From Nannocystis bainbridge (GTDB lineage Bacteria > Myxococcota_A > Polyangia > Nannocystales > Nannocystaceae): 64,000 nt of DNA. Position numbers and translations under genes: made by a program. The stretch is taken from the NCBI RefSeq assembly GCF_028368995.1, contig NZ_JAQNDL010000001.1, forward strand, positions 1,696,001 through 1,760,000, read 5' to 3'. The notes beneath the pieces were generated by a model. That model worked only from the letters and a program-made list of their open reading frames with translations, did not search any database and was not told the origin of the DNA. Of this stretch, positions 9,254 to 16,175 are shown piece after piece (positions within the stretch are counted from its first letter, which is position 1; each line of letters starts with the position of its first letter).

Positions 9254-10606
9254 ATGGTATTCATTCAAGCTCGCAAGCCCACGAATCCGCCGAACGGGCT
9301 CTTCCTTTCGTGCGCCGTGTTGGCCGCTCCTGGTCTCACCCTCGCCGCTCCCGTGCAGGCCGCGGATGGCGAGCCCGGCGCGGTTTCCTGGCTGAGCGCC
9401 GCGGACGACCCCGCCGCCGCAGACCCTTTAAAAAGAATCGTCGACTTCGACGGGGATGGTCGCTCCGACCTCGCGCTGACGGGGCCCAGCGGCTGGCAGA
9501 CCGTGCCGGTCGCCGCGTCCATCGGCGACGGCAACTTCACCGTCACCAACAAGGGCGTGGGCGACTTCGCCGTCTGGGCCGCCACCGGCGCCAGGGTCGT
9601 CCACGGTGATTTCGACCGTGATGGTCGCACCGACATCGTGCTGACCGGCACGAGCGGTTGGAGCACCCTGCCGGTCGCCTTCTCCAGGGGCGGCGGCGCC
9701 TTCGACGTCACCAACCGGACCATCGAGGACTTCGCCGTCTGGGCTGCCACCGGCGCCGAGGTCATCCCGGGCGACTTCAACCGCGACGGTCGCACCGATC
9801 TCGCCCTGACCGGCACGAGCGGCTGGAGCACCCTGCCGGTCGCCTTCTCCAGGGGCGATGGCAGCTTCGACGTCACCAACCGGGCCGTCGGTGACTTCGC
9901 CAGCTGGGCCGCCACCGGCGCCAAGGTCGTCCCGGGTGACTTCAACCGCGACGGCCGCATCGATCTCGCCCTGACCGGCACCCATGATTGGACCACCGTG
10001 CCGATCGCCTTCTCGCGGGGTAATGGCAGGTTCGACATCACCAACCAACTCGTCGGCGACTTTGCAGCCTGGGCCGCCACCGACGCCAGCGTCGTGCCCG
10101 GCGACTTCAACCGCGACGGCCGCACCGACATCGCCCTCGTCGGCGGCACTGGCTGGAGCACCGTGCCCGTCGCCTTCTCCCGCGGCAACGGCACCTTCGA
10201 CATCACCAACAAGCCCATCGGTGATTTCGCCACCTGGGCCGCCACCGGCGCCGAGGTCGTCCCCGGCGACTTCAACGGGGACGGCCGTACCGACATTGCC
10301 CTCACCGGCACGAGCGGCTGGAATACCGTTCCCGTCGCCTACTCGCGCGGCGATGGAACCTTCGAGGTCGCCAATACCGGCGTCGGCGACTTCGCCGCCT
10401 GGGCCGCCACCGGCGCCAGAGTCGTGCCCGGCGACTTCAACGGGGACGGCCGCACCGACATCGCGCTGACCGGCACGAAAGATTGGACCACCCTCCCGAT
10501 CGCCTTCTCGACCGGTGCCGGCTTCAACGTCACCAATCGCCCGATCACCGACTTCGCTACCTGGTCGACCACGCCGGGCGTCGAGGTCATCGGCGCCCTG
10601 CAGTAA
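9254..10606 (+). CDS. Secreted FG-GAP/VCBS-repeat seven-bladed beta-propeller protein
   Basis: Signal peptide followed by seven 55-aa repeats (GDFNxDGRTDIALTG...W.T.PVAFSRG.G.F) with a 165-bp DNA period starting at 9443. Confidence 0.88.
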   Translation: MVFIQARKPTNPPNGLFLSCAVLAAPGLTLAAPVQAADGEPGAVSWLSAADDPAAADPLKRIVDFDGDGRSDLALTGPSGWQTVPVAASIGDGNFTVTNKGVGDFAVWAATGARVVHGDFDRDGRTDIVLTGTSGWSTLPVAFSRGGGAFDVTNRTIEDFAVWAATGAEVIPGDFNRDGRTDLALTGTSGWSTLPVAFSRGDGSFDVTNRAVGDFASWAATGAKVVPGDFNRDGRIDLALTGTHDWTTVPIAFSRGNGRFDITNQLVGDFAAWAATDASVVPGDFNRDGRTDIALVGGTGWSTVPVAFSRGNGTFDITNKPIGDFATWAATGAEVVPGDFNGDGRTDIALTGTSGWNTVPVAYSRGDGTFEVANTGVGDFAAWAATGARVVPGDFNGDGRTDIALTGTKDWTTLPIAFSTGAGFNVTNRPITDFATWSTTPGVEVIGALQ

Positions 10607-10701
10607 TCAGGCGCTCGCACTCCCTCGCCGCCGCCCGTCGTTCGCCAGATCCTACGACGAATGCGTCAGCTCCTCTCGCGCGCCCTCGCTCGGGTCGCTT
10701 G

Positions 10702-11790
10702 TCACCCTGGCGGCCCCACGTAGCGCGACGCCGGGCGGATGAGGCGGCCCGTCGCGCGCTGCTCGAGCACGTGCGCGCACCAGCCTGCCACCCGGCCGAC
10801 CGCGAACGTCGGCGAGAATGCGGTGCGGCCCAGGCCCACCGCGTCGAGCAGCACCGCCGTATAGAACTCCACGTTCGCCGCCAGCGCCCGGTCGGGGTAT
10901 TTCGCGCGCAGGGCCCCCTCCGCCGCGCGCTCGACCGCCCGCGCCAGCGCCAGGCGGCCGCCGGTCACCCCCGCCTGCTCCAGCCGCCCCAGCGCCGCCT
11001 CGAGCACCGCCGCACGCGGATCGCGGACCCGGTAGATCCGGTGCCCCATCCCCATGATCCGGCGGCCCGCAGCCAGCTCCGCCTCGACCCATTGCGCCGC
11101 CTGGTCCGGCTCGCCGATCGCGTCGAGCATGTCCAGCACCGGCCCGGGCGCCCCGCCGTGGAGCGGCCCTTTCAGCGCCCCGATCGCCGCCACGATCGCC
11201 GACACCGGGTCCGATCCGGTCGACGCCACCACCCGGGCCGCGAACGTCGAAGCGTTCATCCCGTGGTCCGCCACCGTCACCAGGTACGCCTCCAGGGCCG
11301 CCGCCCGGGCCGGCGTCGGCGCCTCGCCCTCGATCATGCGCAGATAGTCGGCCGCGTGCGGCAGCGACCGATCGGGCGCCACTGGTCGCCCGCCTGCCCG
11401 CACGCGGGCCCACGCCGCGGCGAACACCGCCACCGCCCCGGTCAGCGCCGCCGGCGTATCGAAGCCGTCGTCCGCGGCCAGTTGGGCCGTCGTCGCTCGC
11501 AGCGCGTCCATCCCGTCGGCGAAGCGCCCCGGCCCGGCCGCCTCCAGCCGCGCGAACGCCCGCGCCCGGCCCTCCGCCAGCGCCTCCCGCGTCCTCCCCT
11601 GCGCACCCGCCTGCGGCAGCGCCCCTGTCCATAGCAGCTCTGCCAGCGCCTCGAACGACGTCCCTCCCGCCAGCCCCTCGATGTCGTGGCCGGCCACCAC
11701 CAGCCGCCCGCGCTCCCCGTCGACCTCGCTGAGCCGCGTGTCTGCCACCACCACCCCCTCGAGACCGCTCCGTGTCACCGTCGTATCCAT
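10702..11790 (-). CDS. Citrate synthase / methylcitrate synthase family enzyme
   Basis: GLEGVV, DHGMNASTF, GPLHGGA, MGMGHRIY and ANVEFY motifs. Confidence 0.92.
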   Translation of the reverse strand: MDTTVTRSGLEGVVVADTRLSEVDGERGRLVVAGHDIEGLAGGTSFEALAELLWTGALPQAGAQGRTREALAEGRARAFARLEAAGPGRFADGMDALRATTAQLAADDGFDTPAALTGAVAVFAAAWARVRAGGRPVAPDRSLPHAADYLRMIEGEAPTPARAAALEAYLVTVADHGMNASTFAARVVASTGSDPVSAIVAAIGALKGPLHGGAPGPVLDMLDAIGEPDQAAQWVEAELAAGRRIMGMGHRIYRVRDPRAAVLEAALGRLEQAGVTGGRLALARAVERAAEGALRAKYPDRALAANVEFYTAVLLDAVGLGRTAFSPTFAVGRVAGWCAHVLEQRATGRLIRPASRYVGPPG

Positions 11791-11835
11791 GCGTCCCTCC
11801 TGCCCGCAGCTTGGGCCGGCCCGCCATGTTGATCA

Positions 11836-11886
11836 ACGTTGATTCGACAATCCATCATTCACCGCAGACGTTGATTCGACAATCCA
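11836..11886. promoter_or_regulatory. Perfect 19-bp direct repeat (ACGTTGATTCGACAATCCA x2), candidate operator
   Basis: Copies at 11836-11854 and 11868-11886 in the AT-rich spacer between the divergent citrate synthase genes. Each copy has internal dyad symmetry (TGATT-cgac-AATCC). Confidence 0.7.
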
Positions 11887-11916
11887 CCCTCCGCCTGCCA
11901 TCTTGACGGCGGGACC

Positions 11917-13164
11917 ATGACCGACGCCCACGACGAGGCCCCACCATTCTTGAGCGGTGAGCAGGCCGCCGCGCTGCTCGGCGTCAAGCGGGCCACCCTC
12001 TACGCCTACGCCAGCCGCGGCCTCGTGCGCAGCGAGCCGGGCGGCCCCGGGCGCGGGCGCCGGTACAGCCGCGACGACCTCGAGCGGCTCAAGGCTCGCA
12101 GCGACGCTCGCTCCGGCCACGCGGCGGTCGCCGCCGGCGCGCTGCGCTGGGGCGAGCCCGTGCTCGAGTCGGCCTTGACCGCCATCGACCCGGCCGGCCC
12201 GCGCTATCGCGGCCGGCCTGCCGTCGACCTCGCGGCCACCTGCTCCTTCGAGGCCGTCGCCGAGCTGTTGTGGACGGGCGGCCTGCCCGAGCGCGCCCCT
12301 CAGTGGTCCGTCTCCGGCCTCGGCCTGCGGCTCGCCTCGCTCGGCGCCCTCCTGCCCGAGGCCGCCGCCCCGCTCGTCACCCTCGCCCTGGCCGTGCCGG
12401 CGCTCGGCGCCGCCGACCCCGATCGCTTCGACGCCACGCCCGGCCCCGAGCTCGTCCGCGCCCGCGCCTTGCTCGTGCGCATGGCGGCGCTCGCCGGCGC
12501 CGGCCAGGGCGACGCCCGGGTCCGACCCGCGCTGGCCGAGCGCGACGTCGCCGGCGCCCTCCTGGTCTCGCTCGGCGCCCCCGCGACCCCGCGCGCCCGC
12601 CAGGCCATGGCCCGCGCGCTGGTGCTCTCGGCCGACCACGAGCTCAACGCCTCGGCCTTCGCCGTGCGCGTCGCCGCCTCCGCCGGCGCCGACCTGTACG
12701 CCTGCGTCAGCGCCGGCCTGGCCACCCTGTCCGGCCCGCGCCACGGCGGCATGGGCGAGCGCGTCGAGGCCCTCGTCACCGAGGTCGGCAAGCCCGAGCG
12801 CGCGCGCGCCGTCGTGCGCGAGCGAGCCCGCCGCGGCGAAGAGGTGCCCGGCTTCGGCCACCCGCTCTACCCCGACGGGGACCCTCGCGCCGCCGCCCTG
12901 CTGGCCGCCGCCCACGAGCACGCCCCGCGCAGCCCGAAGGTCCGCGCCGTCCAGGCCATCGTCGACGCCATGCGCGACGCCGGCCGCGAGCCGGCCAACT
13001 TCGACGTCGGCCTGGTCGCCCTCGGCGCCGCCCTCGGCCTGCCCCCGCGCACCAGCGTCGCCATCTTCGCCGTCGGCCGCGCCGCCGGCTGGCTGGCCCA
13101 CGCCTTCGAGCAGCGCGCCGCCGGCTTCCTCCTGCGCCCCCGCGCCCGCTACGTCGGCCCGTGA
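11917..13164 (+). CDS. Citrate synthase-like protein with an N-terminal excisionase/MerR-type HTH
   Basis: LSGEQAAALLGVKRATLYAYASRGLV HTH, then DHELNASAF, GPRHGG, PGFGHPLY and NFDVG. Confidence 0.9.
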   Translation: MTDAHDEAPPFLSGEQAAALLGVKRATLYAYASRGLVRSEPGGPGRGRRYSRDDLERLKARSDARSGHAAVAAGALRWGEPVLESALTAIDPAGPRYRGRPAVDLAATCSFEAVAELLWTGGLPERAPQWSVSGLGLRLASLGALLPEAAAPLVTLALAVPALGAADPDRFDATPGPELVRARALLVRMAALAGAGQGDARVRPALAERDVAGALLVSLGAPATPRARQAMARALVLSADHELNASAFAVRVAASAGADLYACVSAGLATLSGPRHGGMGERVEALVTEVGKPERARAVVRERARRGEEVPGFGHPLYPDGDPRAAALLAAAHEHAPRSPKVRAVQAIVDAMRDAGREPANFDVGLVALGAALGLPPRTSVAIFAVGRAAGWLAHAFEQRAAGFLLRPRARYVGP

Positions 13165-13261
13165 GCGCGACCTCCGGCTGGCTGGCCCACGCCTTCGCGC
13201 AGCGCGCCGCCGGCTTCCTCCTGCGCCCCCGCGCCCGCTACGTCGGCCCGTGAGCGCGACC
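13085..13261 (+). repeat. Tandem duplication (89-bp period) of the gene's 3' end including its stop codon
   Basis: 13085-13172 and 13174-13261 are identical apart from one substitution (ttcgAgcag versus ttcgCgcag). Confidence 0.92.
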
Positions 13262-13263
13262 GC

Positions 13264-13371
13264 CAGCACGCTCGAAATAACATGCCCACAGGGACATGTT
13301 CTATATGACATGTCCATAATGACATCACCCAAGAGACATGTCCTCCATGACATGTCCCATCGAACATCCAA
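13264..13371. repeat. 14-bp-phased RRACATGTYY palindrome array (8 units)
   Basis: Cores at 13267, 13281, 13295, 13309, 13323, 13337, 13351 and 13365. Confidence 0.92.
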
Positions 13372-13457
13372 CCCCGGCCCCGCCGCACGGAAGCTCACTT
13401 CGCCGCGCCCTCGCCCCGCTTTGCCCGCGACGCCGCCGCGGCTACGCTCCTCCGCGC

Positions 13458-14282
13458 ATGCGCGAGGCAGCCGTCGTCCTCATCACCGGTGCGTCCTCCG
13501 GCTTCGGCGAGGCCGCGGCCCGCTCCCTCGCCGATCCGGGGCTCCGCGGCCGCTACCGGGTCTTCGGCGCCAGCCGCCGCGCCGCGCCCGACGACCCCGG
13601 CGACGGCCCCGTCATGGTCCCGCTCGACGTGCGCAGCGACGCCTCCGCGGCCGCCTGCGTCGACGAGGTCATGCGCCGCGCCGGGCGGATCGACGTCCTC
13701 GTCAACAACGCCGGCTACTCGCTGGCCGGCGCCGTCGAGGAGACCTCGCTCGACGAGGCCAAGGCCCAGTTCGAGACCAACTTCTTCGGCACCGCGCGCA
13801 TGATGCGGGCCGTGCTGCCGATCATGCGCGCCCAGGGCGGCGGCCGGATCGTCAACGTCTCCTCGCTCGCCGGCCTCGTCGGCGTCCCGTTCCACGCCTA
13901 CTACGCGGCCAGCAAGTTCGCCGTCGAGGGGCTGTCCGAGGGCCTGCGCCAGGAGGTGCGCCGGTTCGGCATCCACGTCTCGCTGATCGAGCCTGGCGAC
14001 TTCAAGACCGCCGGCACCGCCGCGCGCGAGCGGGCGGCCGCCGGTCTCGACGTTTATGCCGCCACCCGCGACCGCGCCGTCGCCGTGATGGAGCGGGCCG
14101 AGCAGTCCGGCCCCGACCCGATCGGCTTCGCGCGCCTGTTGCTGCGGATCCTCGCGGCGCCCCGACCGCGGCTGCGCTATCGCCTCGGCAGCGACGCCGT
14201 GTGGGTGCCGCGGGCGCGCCGGCTCGTGCCCGAGGCGCTGTTCGAGCACCTCCTGCGCGCCAACTTCGACATGGACGAGTGA
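13458..14282 (+). CDS. Short-chain dehydrogenase/reductase (SDR)
   Basis: ITGASSGFG, VNNAG and YAASK motifs. Confidence 0.93.
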   Translation: MREAAVVLITGASSGFGEAAARSLADPGLRGRYRVFGASRRAAPDDPGDGPVMVPLDVRSDASAAACVDEVMRRAGRIDVLVNNAGYSLAGAVEETSLDEAKAQFETNFFGTARMMRAVLPIMRAQGGGRIVNVSSLAGLVGVPFHAYYAASKFAVEGLSEGLRQEVRRFGIHVSLIEPGDFKTAGTAARERAAAGLDVYAATRDRAVAVMERAEQSGPDPIGFARLLLRILAAPRPRLRYRLGSDAVWVPRARRLVPEALFEHLLRANFDMDE

Positions 14283-14348
14283 GGCCGCGCGGCCCCCTGG
14301 CACCCCCCTCCGACGGCGCTACGCTTCGCCGAGCGCAGGAGCGTCACG

Positions 14349-14726
14349 ATGGCGATCACCCTCAATCACACGATCGTGCCGGCCCACGACAAGGTCGCGG
14401 CGGCCCGCTTCTTCGCCGAGATCTTCGGCGTCCGCTACGAGGGCCCGGTCGGTCCGTTCGCCGCCGTGCGGGTCAACGACACCCTCACCTTCGATTTCGG
14501 CGACGACGACGGCGGCTTCGAGGCCCACCACTACGCGTTCCACGTCGACGACGCCGAGTTCGACGCGATCTTCGCCCGCGTCCGCGCCGCGGGCCTGCCG
14601 TTCGCCTCGAGCCCGCACGGCGGGTTCGACGGCCGGATCAGCGAGTACGGCGCGGGCGGTCGCCGCGTCTACTTCCCCGACCCGAGCGGCCACGTGCTCG
14701 AGCTGATGACGCGCCTCGACAATTGA
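14349..14726 (+). CDS. VOC/glyoxalase family protein
   Basis: LNHTIV, HHYAFHV and GGRRVYFPDPSGHVLEL motifs, with an AGGAG RBS upstream. Confidence 0.92.
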   Translation: MAITLNHTIVPAHDKVAAARFFAEIFGVRYEGPVGPFAAVRVNDTLTFDFGDDDGGFEAHHYAFHVDDAEFDAIFARVRAAGLPFASSPHGGFDGRISEYGAGGRRVYFPDPSGHVLELMTRLDN

Positions 14727-14886
14727 CGCGACCCGCGCGGCGCAGCGGGCGCAGCCCGGGTGCATTCGCGCGCGACGATTTTGCAGCGAGCCGGCAATTT
14801 TCGGCCCGGCAGCGGCGACTCCATGGCCCGAGCGACCGGCGGCGAATGAACGCCAAGGGTTCGCTCCTCTTGCCAGGGACATCACC

Positions 14887-15627
14887 ATGCTGCGCTTCGA
14901 CCTTACTTCCCTTACGTTCGTCATCCTGTTCCTCACCGGCGCCTGCGCTCCGACCAGCGGGGAGTCCACCGGCTCCACCACCGAGTCCGGGACCGACGCC
15001 ACCGGCGCCACCACCGACGCCACCACCGACGAGCCGTCCAACCCCACCGGCGGCCAGGTCACCGGCGAGGACACCACCACCACGGAGGGCGGGGACCCGC
15101 ACACGACCTCCGCCACCGAGGGCGAGGACACCGACGGCGAGACCACCGAGACCCCCAACCCCGTGACTCCGGAGCAGGAGGCCGCCTGCGAGGCCGGCTG
15201 CCAGAAGGAGGCCATGTGCATCGGCGAGCCCGACGCTTCCGAGTGCGTGCTCGGCTGCATCGAGGAGTTCCAGTACATCGAGGAAGAGTGCGCCTCGCCC
15301 TACTTGAACTTCGTCCAGTGCATCGCGGAGCTCAGCTGCGCCGACCTGGAGGGCGACATCGAGGACACCGCGTGCGGCGACGAGCTCGCGGCGCTGGAGT
15401 CCTGCAGCGGCCCCGCCTGCGTCATCATGATGGAAGAGACCACCGAAGACTCCTGCGGGTTCGGCCGGAGCTGCCCCGAGCAGCCGACCCAGTCCATCTC
15501 CTGCGAGGGCGACACCTGCCGCTGCTTCCTCGAGGAGACCGAGGTCGCCCAGTGCGCGGCCGACGGCGTGTGCATGGACGGCGACGCGATCTTCGACAAG
15601 ATGGCGAGCTGCTGCCCGTTCGAGTGA
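14887..15627 (+). CDS. Cys-rich acidic lipoprotein with a Thr/Gly/Glu linker
   Basis: Lipobox TGAC, low-complexity T/G/E linker and many CxxxC motifs. Confidence 0.8.
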   Translation: MLRFDLTSLTFVILFLTGACAPTSGESTGSTTESGTDATGATTDATTDEPSNPTGGQVTGEDTTTTEGGDPHTTSATEGEDTDGETTETPNPVTPEQEAACEAGCQKEAMCIGEPDASECVLGCIEEFQYIEEECASPYLNFVQCIAELSCADLEGDIEDTACGDELAALESCSGPACVIMMEETTEDSCGFGRSCPEQPTQSISCEGDTCRCFLEETEVAQCAADGVCMDGDAIFDKMASCCPFE

Positions 15628-15654
15628 TGCCCGCGGACCGCCACCCCACCGCGG

Positions 15655-15717
15655 AGACCTATCCCGAAGTACATGTCCGTGGGGGCAGGTTAAAAACCTG
15701 TCCCTGCGGACATATAC
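15655..15717. repeat. Degenerate RRACATGTYY array
   Basis: Cores at 15658, 15672, 15686, then 15697 and 15711. Lies between convergent genes. Confidence 0.6.
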
Positions 15718-15718
15718 G

Positions 15719-16018
15719 CTATCGCGGCACCCACAAATAGTACGACAGCGGCCCCAGCGTCACCGCGATCACCGCGGCGAGGAAGAGGTGGAACACGCCG
15801 ACCACCACCGCGGCGGTCCCCTCGACCTCGCCGTGGAGCAGCCGCCCGGCCGCGCCGCGGCCGAAGATCACCGTGCGGCGCAGGGTCAGCCCGCGCACGC
15901 CCGAGCGGATCAGCAGGACCACGCCGGTCACCAGCAGCACCGGCATCATCAGCCGCAAGAACGCCACCGGGCGCAGCTGCTCGGCCGCGCCGGCGAAGGC
16001 CCGCAGATATCCGTCCAT
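15719..16018 (-). CDS. Small two-TM membrane protein
   Basis: Two hydrophobic helices, GC3-rich codons and TAGAGT 6 nt upstream of the ATG. Confidence 0.65.
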   Translation of the reverse strand: MDGYLRAFAGAAEQLRPVAFLRLMMPVLLVTGVVLLIRSGVRGLTLRRTVIFGRGAAGRLLHGEVEGTAAVVVGVFHLFLAAVIAVTLGPLSYYLWVPR

Positions 16019-16175
16019 CGCCGCACTCTACTGCGACCCGGCCCCGCCGGGCTGCCCGGGGCCTCCCGACCCGCGCCCGCGCGCCTGGAGCCTGACGCCG
16101 CGGAATCGCCCGCGCGCCGCCCGTGGCGGATTCACGCAATTGACCGCCCGGCGTCCGACACCGATCCTCCGCTCG

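Noticed and set aside
13264-13371. Palindrome arrays as CRISPR arrays
   Set aside because: Units are 10 bp with 4-bp spacers, far below CRISPR repeat and spacer sizes, and no cas genes are present.
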